Source: Mobula hypostoma
Lineage: Eukaryota
Direction of reading: 5' to 3'
NCBI RefSeq assembly: GCF_963921235.1
Contig: NC_086107.1
Span: 94,118,001-94,182,000, forward strand
DNA: 64,000 nucleotides
Shown here: positions 13,614 through 26,400 of the stretch, one piece after another
How the letters are laid out: each line of letters opens with the position of its first letter
Position numbering within the stretch: position 1 is the first letter of the stretch
Made by a program: the position numbers and the translations under genes
Notes under the pieces: model-generated
The model's input: only the letters and a program-made list of their open reading frames with translations
Told to the model about the DNA's origin: nothing
Databases searched by the model: none

Positions 13614-15319
13614 TGAGTTGTGGAGCCCTTGAAAGTGAATTTATAGGTTGTGGAGATAGTTCAGCATTAATATGAGTGCAGTTGTCCGCACTGTATCAGG
13701 AGCCTGCTAATTGCAAGGTAATAACCATTCCTGAACCCAGTGGTGTGAAACCTAAGGCTCCTGTACCTCCTTCCTAATGTTAGCAGTGAGAAGGGAGCAC
13801 GGCCTTGATGGCGGTCATCTTTGATAACGGATGCCGCTTTCTTGTGGCAGCGCTCCTTGTAAATGTGGTATGGATTGTGAGCTTCTGAAGCTCACTTCCT
13901 TACAGAAGAGTATTCCAAGCGCGTATGACTTCCAAGAGAAAAAAAAAACACGTCGTTTGTGTCTTAGATGCCAGGGCCTTATTTCGAACAGCAATCCCCG
14001 GACTGTGATTCTCCCACCTTCAGAAGCAGCAGCAGTACATCGCAATACGTAAAACATTACAGTAAGTTGCAATGAGAAAAACACAAGCAGTGCGAAGGGA
14101 GAGCAAATGATGAGACATTGCCAGTTTAGAAACCTAATGGCAGAGGGGAAGAAGTTGTTCCTAAAGTGTTGAGTGTGGGTCTTCACCCTCCTGTACCTCC
14201 ATCCTGAAAGTAGTAATGAGAAGGGAGGGCATGTCCTGGACTGGGAGGGTCCTTATTGATGGGTGCCCCCTTTAGAAGGCATCGCCTTTTGAAGATGCCC
14301 TTGATGGTGTGGAGGGTTGTGTCCATGATGGAACTGGTTGAGTTAACGACTCCCTGCATCTTTTGCCAATCCTTTTGGAAAGATTGTCCAAATTCTCCCC
14401 ATCAAATCCCTCAGGATCTTATATGCTTCACACAAGCTTTCTCTCACTTTCTAAACTCCAATGCATATGGGTCCTTCCTTGTAAGATAATCCAACCCTTA
14501 AAGATATTCACCTAGTAAGCCTTCTCTGAATTGCCTTCAGTTCATTTACATCCTCCCTTGAATAAGGAGACCACTTGTGTACAGAGTTCACCCATTGTGG
14601 GCTCACTACTGCCCCATATAACTGAACCATAACCTCTCACCTTCTGCGTCCAGTCCAATAATACTCTTACCGCCACCAAGGCCTGACTAAACCTACCGTA
14701 CTCACCCTCCACCAAATTCACCATGTTCCCACCATCCCTGCATCTCACACACCAATCCCACCCATTCATTCTGCAGTCCCTCCAGGTTTATAATTTTAGA
14801 CCATAATATAGAGAAGCTGAATTAGGCCATTTGGCCCATCAAGTCTGCTCCACCAATTCATCATGGCTGTTATATTATTCTCTCTTAACCCTATCCTCCT
14901 GCCTTCACCCTGTAACCTTTGATACCTTTCGAATCAAGAACCTATCAATCTCTGCTTTAAATGTACCCAATGACCTGGCCTCCTTAGCCATCTGTGGCAA
15001 AGAATTCCACAGGTTCACCACCTTCTGGCTAAAGAAAGTCCTCCTTGTCTCAGTTCTAAATGAACATCTCTCTATTCTGAACTGTGCCCTCTGGTCTGTA
15101 CGCAGTGTCTTGTTCAAGTTCAAGTTTGCTGCCATTCAATTGTACACATGTACACAGCTTCCTCTGGGATCAAGGTACAAAACACAGTATATGTATCACA
15201 TACAGCACATAAAGTAATATTAACAGATAAAAAAACTATTCTGTAGTTATTCAAGTTGATTTAAAGTGCACATATGACATATGGCTAAATATACACCATT
15301 ATTACTCTTACTGGCACTG

Positions 15320-15895
15320 TCATAAATAAAGTTTACTGAGTAACAAGGTGTTCGGAAGTCTCACAGCCCAGGGGAAGAAGCTGTTACCCAGCCCCACAGT
15401 CCTTGTCCTTATACTGTGGTATCTCCTGCCTGGTGGTAGGAGGTCAAAGAGATTGAGGGACAGGTTAGAGGGTTCCCTGACCACACTGAGGTCTCTGCTC
15501 CTGCGGTGCTTTGGTGTATGTCCTGGATGGAGGGCAAGAGAGACCCCAGTGATTCTCTCAGCACTCCTCACAGGGTCTTGTGGTCAGATGTCTTGAAATT
15601 TCCATACCAGGTGCTGGTCAGGACATTCTCAATGGCGCTCTGGTAGGATGTGCTTAGAATTGAGGTGGGGAGCCTCATTCACCTCAATCTCCTCAGGAGG
15701 TGGAGGTGCTGCTCTGCTTTCTTGACTATGGAGGTGGTGTAGAGGAACCAGGTGAGATCGTCCATGATGTGCACTCTAAGATACTTGATGCTTCTGACTC
15801 TCACCGTGGAGGAACCATTGATCTGCAGTAGGGAGAGGTCAACCTGCACCTTCCTGAAGTCCACAATCATCTCTTTAGTCTTGTCCATATTGAGA
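15320..15895 (-). mobile_element. Rex1/Babar-like LINE fragment
   Basis: KTKEMIVDFRK and LLPPGRRY motifs. Confidence 0.75.
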
Positions 15896-16439
15896 CATAT
15901 ATTCTGACTTTGACACAAAATATTGGTTTGATTTCTCCGCAACTTCTTTACTTCCTGATATGATATCTCCTTCAACTGTAAGGGACAATCACTAACTTTT
16001 GCTAATCCATCAAACATTCCTCATATATTAACCCTTTCATCTGCAGAATCATTCTCATTAGCATCCTCCTCTGGAAACAATCCCATTGATTCCATTACAG
16101 GCGATTCCTAATCACCCATACAGTGGGAAGCTCTCACTGACTTCCTTTATCATTTCTAAATTTATATCTCCATGAAAATAGTTCCTGATGTCTTCACTGT
16201 TTCCCGTGGTTTCTTCCCCTTCTGTACCTCACTTGCCTGTTTTCCAGCATTCCGAAAGCAGGAATCTAAGGGAAGGAGGGAAATAAAGGAGTGACTTGAG
16301 AGGAAGAGGGTGTAGGGTTAAGTGATGGGGGTAATGTGGGGAAGGGTGGGGCAGAGGGGAAGGTGGATAGACAGAGGGTAGTAGAGATGGTGGAGGTTGG
16401 AGGGAAAGGAGAAACAACAAGAGCTTAGAGGGCAGAACA

Positions 16440-16990
16440 GCAATGGGAGACGTGAAAGGGTCACTCCGTCTGCCGCAAAAGGTGCCACCCATATCAATTC
16501 AACTTCCCTTTCTGGCATACACATGCCCATCATGGCCTCCTCCACTGCCACGACGATGAAGCCAAACTCAATTTGGAGGAGCAACATCTCCTATTCCTTC
16601 TGGGTAGCCTCCAACCTGATGGCGTGAACATCAATTTCTCTAACTTCCAATAATTTCTCCCCTTTCCTCCTTCTCTCTTTTTCCATTCCCCTTTCTGGTT
16701 CCCCCTTCACCCCCTTCCTTCTCCCTACCTGTCCATTACTTCCCTCTGGTGCCCCTCCTCCTTCCCTTTATTCCCTGGTCAACTCCTATCAGATTGCTCT
16801 TTCTTCTTCAGTCCTTTACCTTTTCCACCTATCACCTCCCTGCTTCCTACACCCACCTACCTTCCCCCTCACCTGATCTCACCTATCTCAGGCCAGTTTG
16901 TACTCTTCCGCCTCTCACCACCTTCTTATTCTAGTTTCCTATCCAGTCCTGATGAGGGGTCTCAGCCTGAAACATCAACTGTTTATTCCT
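16440..16990 (+). mobile_element. Penelope-like element 3' remnant (GIY-YIG C-terminus, pyrimidine tract, hammerhead motif)
   Basis: Endonuclease tail [29 protein letters not shown]-...-GAAAC at 16944-16981. Confidence 0.8.
16944..16981 (+). ncRNA. minimal type I hammerhead ribozyme motif (degenerate)
   Basis: CTGATGA at 16949-16955, stem II, GAAAC at 16969-16973; stem I CAGTC/AACTG; the ACGT palindrome is eroded by CpG decay. Confidence 0.6.
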
Positions 16991-17034
16991 TGATTAGTTA
17001 AGAAAGAACTAAGAAAGTTGTCTCTCCTGCACAA

Positions 17035-17775
17035 AGATTGTGGACTTCAGGAAGGAGAAGTCAGGAGAACACACACTAGCTCTCAGCAGTGGAAAGGATG
17101 AGAGCTTCAAGTTCCTGGGTGTCAAGATATCTGAAGATCTATCCTGGGCCCAACAATGATGCAATTACGAAGAAGACATGCCAGTGATTATATTTCATTA
17201 AGGGTTTAGGAAGATTTGGCATATCAACAAGGACACTAGCAAGTTTCTACAAGTGTTCTATGGAGAGCATTCTGGCTGTTTGTATCATAGTCTGGTATGG
17301 AGGCTCCAATGCACAGGATTCGAAAAGGCTACAGAGGGTTGTAGACTCAGCTAGCTTCACTATGGGCATTAGCCTCCCCATTATTAAGGACATCTTCAAA
17401 AGGCAGTCCTTCAAGAGGTCAGCATCCATTATTAAGGATCCTCACCATCTGGGACATTGGCCAGCTGGTGGCATAGTGGCATCAGCGCCAGACTTCGGAG
17501 CGAAGGCTCCCGAGTTCAAACCCAGCCAGCTCCCCAGGCACGCCTTCCATCCATGCTGGGTTGAGCGTCAAGCTAGCAACTCGGCCTCGTAAAAAAGAAA
17601 TTGCCTGCTACAGAGACATCAACAGCAATAAGTTGACGGCCTATGCTCTCTCATGAGGTTAAAAGGCAATTTCCTTCCTTTTTTTTCCATCCGGGACGTG
17701 CTCTCTTCTCATTACTGCCATCAGGTAGGAGGTACCTGAAGACACCTACTCAATGTTTGAGGAACAGAATCTTCT
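17035..17775 (+). mobile_element. Rex1/Babar-like LINE fragment interrupted by a tRNA SINE (about 17465-17690)
   Basis: ESILAVCIIVWYG..QDSKRLQRVV..IIKDPHH; SINE A/B boxes TGGCATAGTGG and GAGTTCAAACC. Confidence 0.75.
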
Positions 17776-18840
17776 CCGCTGCTATGGCGCAGTAGTGTAG
17801 TGGTTAGCACCACACTTTACAGTACCAGTGACCCGGGTTCAATTCCCACCGCTGCCTATAAGAAGTTTGTACGTTCTCCCCGTAAACACTTGGTTTGTTC
17901 CACTTTGCCCCCACAGTCCAAAGATGTACCAGTTGGTAGGTTAATTGGTCATTGTAAATTGTCCCATGATTAGGCTCGGGTTAACTTAGGGGTTGCTGGG
18001 TGCTGCACTGTATCTCAATACATAAATAAATAAGAGATTTCTGATTGACCCATGAACTCTACCTCACTATTTGCTATCTTTTTGCAGTACTTATACTTTT
18101 TTTTATATATTTCCCATTTTAATTTATAGTAATTTTCTTACATCTTGCTCTGTACTGCTACTGCTAAACAAATTTCACAATATATGTCGGTGATAATAGA
18201 CCTGATTCTAAGCCGGAGTTTCAAGTCCACTGCTCTTGAGGAGACAGCTGCTAGTCTAATCCTTGCTGGAGAGGATTAAACCAGCCTCTAACTCCTTGAG
18301 AACTGTGTGCTTCCTGACGATCTGCACCAGGAAACTGTGATCCTTGCCAAGTTTAGTCTAGGCAGCTCTGTAACTCTCTCTCTGGGATGTTCCATTTATG
18401 GGAATAATCCTGAGAATGAAAGGGTTCATGTACAAGCAACATTTGATGGCTCTGGTCCTGTACCTGCTGGAGTTTAGAAGAATCGGGCCAAATGTCGAAA
18501 AGCCAAGACAGAGGAGACGTGGAGCAGATGTTTCCAGTAGTGAGAGAGTCTAGAAACAGAGGGCAGAGCCTCAGAATAGAAGGAACAGAGATGAGGAGAA
18601 ATTTCTCTAGCCCAAGGGTGGTGAATCTGTGGAATTCATTGCCTCAGTTGGCTGTGGAAGCCAAGTCATTGGGTATAGTTAAAGCGGAGGTTGATAGGTT
18701 CTTGATTAGTCAGGGCATCAAATGTTATGGAGAGATGGTATGAGAAGGGTTTGAGAGGGAAAATGTCAGCTATGATTGAGTAGCAGAGCAGATTCAATGG
18801 GGCAACGGCCTAATTCTGCTCCTATGTCTTATAGTCTAAA

Positions 18841-19060
18841 GGTCTTCCCCAGGACACGTGCCGAGGCAGGTATTAAGGGTTGCTGGAGATTACCAACTCA
18901 GTGAAATGTGAGCTCTGGTCTGCCCGAAACCTGTTGGTCATGCAGCGTAAGGAGACATCCATAGGCGAACCAATGAGCACACTCCAGGGTCCATTCAGAG
19001 AAATGCACTAAAACTCAGTGCAGCCAGTGTAAAGGCTCCTCAGGGAAGGACCACAGGCCC
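18841..19060 (+). mobile_element. Tx1-like LINE ORF2 C-terminal remnant between two CR1 fragments (18405-18835, 19065-19760)
   Basis: Translates with a frameshift as FPRTRAEAGIKGCW../NSVKCELWSARNLLVMQ, resembling Tx1 ORF2 ends. Confidence 0.55.
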
Positions 19061-21100
19061 TGTCTAGGTCAACTTGCAGGTTCAGTTGGTGGTAAGGAGG
19101 GCAAATGCAATGTTAGCATTCATCATTCATTCCAAGAGGACTAGAACATAAAAGCAAGGATGTAATGCTGAGGCTTTATTAGGCATTGTTCAGTCCGCAC
19201 TTGGGAGTATTGTGTACAATTCTGGGCACCTTATCTAAGAAAGGATGTGCTGGCATTGGAGAGGCTCCAGACGAGGTTCATGAGAATGATTCCAGGAATG
19301 AAAGGGTTAACATATGAGGAGCATTTGATGGCTCCGAGCCTGTACTCACTTGAGTTTAGAAGAATGGGGGTGGGGGCAGAATCTCATTGCAACCTATCAA
19401 ATATTGATAGGCCTAGATAGAATGGATGTGGAGAGGATGTTTCCTGTAGTGGGGAAATCTCGGACCAGAGGGATCAGAAAAGAGGGACATCCATTTGGTA
19501 CAGAGATGAGGAGGAATGTCTTTAGCCAAAGAGTGATGAATCTGTGGAATTAATTGCCGCAGGTGGCTGTGGATGATAAGTCATTGAGTATACTTAAAGC
19601 AGAGGTTGATAGGTTCTTGATTAGTCAGGGCATCAAAGTTTATGGGGAGAAGGCAGGAGAATGGGGTTGAGGGATAATGAATCAGCCATGATGGAATAGC
19701 AGAGCAGACTCGATGGACTGAATGTCCTCATTCTGCCCCTATGCCGCATGTCTTATGGTCTAAGAGTACATCTTAATTCAAGGAAGAACAAGGAATGGTG
19801 TGGACATGTTGTAAGTATCGATTTGAAGTTATGATAAACATAGGACAAGGCATGTCACATTGTCCACTGAGTTCCTCCAGCTTTTTGCGTGTTGTTAACG
19901 ATTACAATTACTGTGTATTTTAGAAATAAATATAATTTGATGAAAATTTATTAAAATACAAGTTACAAACTTTTATTTCATGCAGTTTGTGTAAAGAAAA
20001 TTCAAGTCACTGTGGTATTTAGGATACAGTTGGAAGTGATATGTGAATGCCATAGAGTCACAGAGCACAGAAACAGGCCCTTCAGCCCATCTCATCCGTG
20101 CTGGCCAAGATGTTTATCCAAGATAATCCCATCTGCCTGTGTTTAGCCCATAACCCTCGAAACCGTTCCCATCCAGATGTCTTTTAATTGAAATACCCAC
20201 CTCTGGCAGCGCATTCCATACACCCACCACCCTCTGTGTGAAAAAATTCCCTTTTAAATCTTTCCCCTCCCACCTTAAACCCGTGCACTCTGGTTTGACC
20301 CTCCACTACCCCGGGGGTGGGGGGGGGTCAAAGAGTGTGACCGTTCACCCTATCTCTGCCCCTCGCGGTTTTATAAAGTCGCCCGTCAGTCTTCTTCGCG
20401 CCAGTCCCAGCCTATCCAGCCTCTCATGATAACTCAAGCCCTCCAGTCCTGGTAGCATCCTCCTGAACTTCTACTGCACCCTTTGCCTGCTGCTTTGCTG
20501 CTATCCTGAATGACACTCATTAAAATTTATTGAACCTCCATTAAAATTTATTTTGGGGAAAAAATAGAGAAGTGTCAATAAATTCCCATTGCTTTCCCAG
20601 CGTTAAGTGTGTAAATTGGTTGATACAGTAGAACTGCCGATTCGCAGCTACAGATACCCTTGTTAGATCGCGACCGCTCTCGCTGTCCGTGTAGAGTTCG
20701 CATGTTCTCGCTTTGTGACCGCCTGGGGTTTCCCTCACAGCCCAAAGGCGCGCAGGTTGCTGGGTTAATGTTTGGTGGTTGGTCGAATAGGGAATGGGAA
20801 ATGGGAAAGTGGCGATTAGTATGAATGATGTGTCTCGGCCCGAAACGTCGACTGTTTATTCCTCTCCATAGAGGCTGCCTGACCTGTTGAGTTCCTCCAG
20901 CATTGTGCGTGTGTTACGGTTAATGGTCAGGGCAGACTCTGAGCGAGAGAGACAGTTTCTGTGCCGAGCACCGTAACTAATGACAAAGACCGCTGCTAAA
21001 CTTCGATTCTCTGTTTAATCTTGTTAAACATACAAACATATCAAACTCCTGACGTGACTGAACAGTTAGTACGAAGAGAATAAAACTTGTGGTATTTACA

Positions 21101-21106
21101 TTTATT
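21101..21106 (-). terminator. candidate spib polyadenylation signal AATAAA (alternatives at 22929-22934 and 19972-19977)
   Basis: TTTATT on + strand at the far edge of a mostly unique 2-kb block downstream of the stop, with U-rich sequence following on the minus strand. Confidence 0.45.
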
Positions 21107-23175
21107 TACAACACGGGATGGACGGGACGGTGCCTAAAGCTGAGGTAAAGAAGGCTACCTTGGCTTAACTCCCGTATATTTCCGACCCCCTACACTCCCT
21201 CAAGGCAGTATGTGAGGACAATGCTCCAAGACACTGGAAGCAGGGACCCTCAGACCCCCGTGAACGGGCATCCCTGTGGGACTGCGTGGTGTTCGATAGC
21301 CAGACGCACTGGTTTGGTAGTTCGAAGCAGGGCACTTTCTGTACAATACACTAAGAGATAATTAAGACTCATAAAACAAAACCAGAAGCTGACCCCACCC
21401 ACCACCCCCGCTTGGATTCTTAATGATACAAAACTCGTTTCCAAAACCCACCCACACCTCCCCTCAAGTTCCATGAATATATACAGCTACATCAAACATC
21501 CTGGTAGAGATATTTTTATGGATTTGATCCTTCGCTTCCACCCCCGGTGCCTCTGGATCCTTTCGCGCGTTTAATGCTTCTTCTGCGGGTGTCTCCGGGA
21601 TGGAGACCCGCTGGCTCCCCACTCCCTCCGCGGCTCCAGAATGGACCGACCCTTTTGAGCAACTTAATGCCAACTTTGAATGTGTACACTGAACACTGTG
21701 AGACTCTTGCTCATTTTAAATCGACTCCCTACCGAGAGCTGGGGGCTAGGTGCTCGCTGCCCCTCCGAGATGTCACTTGCCCTCTAAATCTGCCCTGTGT
21801 TGACCAGGGAGGCCCCCATCGACCATGGACCCATATGATTAGGGCTGCCCTCAAATGGCTCCGCCCCTTTAACGATTCAAGATGCCCAATTGGACATATG
21901 GAAGGCTGATTGATGGGGCGTTGACCAAAGGGAATTTGGGGATCTGTTTTGCGTGATGGATGAACAGGGCATGAGACCAATCGAATCAATCCGAGGCGGT
22001 GCTCAAATACTCTCTGTGACCGGCTTTAAGAAATCCAAATTTTAAAATTAAAATTTGAATTAAAATTAAAATTAAAAATTTTTAAACTGGCTTTTAAAAT
22101 TAAAATCCGCTGACTTATTCAAAGTAGTCGCCCCGCACTTTGATGGGTTACAAGGATTTTTTTTGCCTTCTATGCGGACAGCAGTGGTATGGTGGGCATC
22201 AAAGATTACGGGGAGAAGGTAGAGGGAAATATCAGCCAATATGGAATGGCGGAACAGACTCGATGGGCCGAATGGCACAATTCTACTCCTATGTCTTCCA
22301 AGTCGTACCTGGTGGGTGCTGATAAATTTCTAGATTTCCGGCATATGCAGAATTTATGGTAACCCTCTAGTCCTGGAGCGATCCGGATTCAGGTCGGGCC
22401 AGGATCAGAGAGAGAGGACGTCAGGAGAGGAAGGGGTCAGAGTATGGCGAGCCGCGGCTGATCGGAGCCCCAGTTCCAACACCTGCGCCCCCCACCCCAC
22501 CGGTCTACCTCTGACAAAGCCCTGGCGAGTGGGGATTCAGACTCTAATGACTGGAAATCGCCAGACTGAGTTAACAACTTCTACTTTTGGTTTGCTGGGG
22601 GAGGGGGGGCAGAAGCGTCACAATTTCACCTTCCTTCGCTGAAGAAAGTGCTTCCAAACTTCGCTCATTGCTTCAAGAGTACGCCCAGTTTCTCCCCCCT
22701 CGCTGAACTTCCAATCACTATTCCCCCTCCCTCCCCCACCCACTTAAACCCCCTACCCTATACAAATATGAAAAAAAAACAGAAAATGCTGCAAATAGCA
22801 GGCGAGGCAGCCTCTGGAGAGAAAGAGCTAACAATTTTAAGTTGATCACTTCTCATTGTATCTCGCATCTCAAGCACCCCAAAAGTTATTTCTATCTACC
22901 CCGGGGGGGGGGGGGTGGAGCTTCCCAATTTATTAAACAACCGCCTTTAACCTTCTGAGCAACGTGGCAGAACAAGGTCACTATAGCTTTACTCGGAGCG
23001 CTGCCCATGAACGCGGCCCATGAGCCTGGGAAAACAAGATGCCAATAATTTCAACAGCGCTCTCTTAAGACAAACTAACACATCGCAAAAGGGAACAAGG
23101 AAGTAAATGCTTTGTTAAAACCGGCGTTCTTGTCTCAATGAAATTTAGACTCTGTTCCAGCTCTCTCCAGGGACT

Positions 23176-23495
23176 CTAGGGCATGTAGCTGGCTTTACAG
23201 TCCACCTTTTTCTGGCCGAGCAACGTGCCGTCGAACTGGTAGGTTAACTTCTTCTTGATCTTGCGAATCTCGCCCGTCTTGCCGTAGTTCCTCAGTGCTC
23301 GGGCCATCTTCTGGTAGGTCATCTTCTTGCGATTGCCCTTCTGCATGCCCCAGCGGTGGGCCAGCATCTCCTTGTGCTTGGAGGAGAACTGGAAGGTGCC
23401 CTTCTCTCGGTCCACCCACCACACGCAGTCCCGCATGTCTCCGCTCTTCAGTAGCTCCAGCAGGAACTGGTAGAGACGGACTTTCTTCCGGGCAC
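23176..23495 (-). CDS. spib: spib terminal exon, ETS DNA-binding domain ([92 protein letters not shown]...YMP*)
   Basis: Acceptor ccttacccttttcag|GT (phase 1), clear Spi-class ETS domain, TAG stop at 23178-23176. Confidence 0.97.
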
Positions 23496-26400
23496 CTGAA
23501 AAGGGTAAGGCACAAGACCATAAGGCACAGAAGCGGTATTAGGCCATTCAGCCCATTGTATTCTGGCTGTCTCATCCCCCTCAAACCCCATTCTCACGCC
23601 TTCTCCCCACAATCTCTGACGCCCTTTCTAATCAAGAACCCATCAACTTTAAATATACCAAATGACTTGGCCTCCACGTCTGTGGCAATGAATGCCACAG
23701 ATTCATCACACGCTGGCTAAATAAATTCCCCCTCATCTCTATTCTAAAGGGACATCCTTCTATTCTGAGGCTGGGCCCTCTTTAGACTTTCCCACTATTG
23801 GAAACATCGTCTCCACAGCCACTCTGTGGAGGCCTTTCAATAATCGATAGGTTTCAATGAGATCCCTCCTCATTCTAAATTCCAGGGCGTACAAGCCCAG
23901 AGCTATCGAGCGCTCTTCATACATTAACCCTTTCATAACTGGGATCGTTCTCGTGAACATCTCCAAGGACAGCACGCCCTTTCTTAGAAAATAGTTCGAG
24001 GGAGAGATAGAGGGCAGAGGCTGAGGGTCATTTGGACTCAAAGAGACAAAGAGGTGGAATAGACACAAGAGAAAGCCCTTGGTGGAACCTGGAGCAACAT
24101 GCAAAATGCTGGCGGACTCAGAGTCCCTCCCCACCGTCAGTAGTATCAACAGGAGACACTGCCCCAAGCAGGCAACGTCCATCATCAAAGATGCCCACCA
24201 CCCAGGCCATGCCATCTACAGAAGTCTGAATGAAGTCCCACACCTCAATTACCCCTCAACCACCAGACCCTTGAACCAAAGGGCATAACTTCACCCAACT
24301 TCACTCACCCCATCACTGAACTGTTCTCACAACCTATGGACTCACTTTCAAGGACCCTTTGTCTCATGTTCTCAATAATTTTTGCTTATTTATTTATTAT
24401 TATTTCTTTATTTTTGTATTTGCACAGGTTTTTGTCTTGTGCACAATGGTTGAACGCTCAGGTTGGCGCGTTCCTTCATGGATTCTATTATGGTTATTCT
24501 CTACTATGAATTTATTGAGTATATAAACAAGGAAATGAATCTCAAGGTTGAATATGCTGACTTAGATGTACTTTGATAATAAATTTACTTTGAACTTTGA
24601 ATCTCCAGGTTCAGGAACAGCGACTTCCCTTCAACCATTCATTTCTTGAACCAACAGACAAAAGCCTATCCACTACTTCAGAATATCAACATTATGACCA
24701 ATTTAGCTTTTTTTGTTCTAATTGTGTTTTTTTGTGTAAATTTTGTATATTCTTCTTGTCAAATTTGTACATGATGTGTTGCTACTTATGTGCCTGTAAT
24801 ACTGCTCCAGTAGGCTTCTCGTTGTCCCTGTGCGTGCGTGTACTAAGGGAAATGGAGAGTTGACATTTCGGGCCAAGACCCTTGATACAGACTGAAAGGT
24901 AGAGGGGAGACAGTCAGTGTAAAGAGGTGATGGTGATAGGGAAGGGAGGAGCAAGAGTGAGCAGGTGATGGGTAGATCCAGCTGAGGAGGGGTAATGGGC
25001 AGACAGAGGAGAGGATGGTGGGAATAGCAACAGAGGCTCAAAGGTGAGAGGAGAGGCGACAAAGGGCTGAAGGTGATGGTACTTGAAAGGGGAGGGAGGT
25101 AGGGAGGGCAGATGGTAACTGTGGGGGGGGGCGAAGGAGAAGGTGGGGGGGAAGAAACGGTGATGAGGGCTGGGGTGGGTGCAGGACAGGGGCTCCCAAC
25201 GTGGGGTCCATGGACAACTTGCGTAATAAAAAATTTTGGGAACCCCTGGTGCAGGGGGAACTGGATAGGTGGGAGATAAGTGCTCTAGTGAGGAACAGCA
25301 AACGAGAACTTTACAACAAAGGGATGAGCTGGCAGGAGTCTGGGCCAAGGTCAGCTCTCTACAGGTGAACAGACCCGTGGGAGTGAAACAGCAGTTAGTA
25401 CTGCTAAGCAATAACCTCTAGCCTGAGTTCAATCCCGACCTCAGTCGCTCTCTGTGGGCAGAGTTTGCACGTTCCTCCTGAGTTTCATAGAACACAAAAC
25501 TAAACAAGATGCAAGGCCAGAACAAGGTAGATTGTGAGGTCAGGAGTTCACCTTATCATCTGAGGGAGCCAGTCTTATAACAGGAGGGTAGAAGCTGCCC
25601 TTAAGTCTGGTGGCTTGTGCTTTTTTGTACCTTCTATCTGATGGAAGAGTGGAGAAGGGAGAATGCCCAGGGCAATTCTATACCTAAGAGGGCTGTGGAG
25701 GCCCGATGGCTGCATATAGTCAAGCCAGAGATTGAAAAAACGAAGAACATAGAACACTACTGCCCAGCACAGGCTATTTGGCCCATAATGTTATGCTTAC
25801 CTTTTAGCCTACTCCAAGATCAATCTAACCTTTCCCTCCCACATAGCCCTCCATTCCTCTTTCATCAATAGTTCCCCTGAGACCAACCAGTTTCCAATCA
25901 CTTCCCAATGACATGCGGGAGGAGGGGAGGAGAACAAGCTGGCAGGGGATAGGTGAGACCAGGTGAGGAAGGCAGGTGGGGGGATAGGGGAGAGGGTGAT
26001 GATGGGAGAAACTGGCAGGGGATAGGTGAGACCAGGTGAGGAAGGCAGGTGGGGGGATAGGGGAGAGGGTGATGATGGGAGAAGCTGGCAGGGGATAGGT
26101 GAGACCAGGTGAGGAAGGCAGGTGGGGGGATAGGGGAGAGGGTGATAATGGGAGAAGCTGGCATGGGATAGGTGAGACCAGGTGAGGAAGGCAGGTGGGG
26201 GGATAGGGGAGAGGGTGATGATGGGAGAAGCTGGCAGGGGATAGGTGGAAGAGGTAAAGACCTGAAGAAAAAGGAATGTGATAGGAGAAGAGAGTGGACC
26301 ATTGGAAAATGGGAGGGAGGGAGGGCACCAGAGGGAGGTGATAAGCAGATGAGGAGAAGAGAAGGGGTGAGAAGGGAGCCAGAACGGGGAATAGAAAGAG

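Noticed and set aside
1..21000. Expected downstream neighbour (MYBPC2-like first exons) or another host gene
   Set aside because: No convincing coding exon found; nearly all ORFs are TE-derived. The lone + strand donor at about 5860 (TAG|gtaagt) has no supporting exon chain.
23195..23720. Alternative-frame and antisense ORFs over the ETS exon
   Set aside because: Shadow frames of a GC-rich exon running into CR1 sequence.
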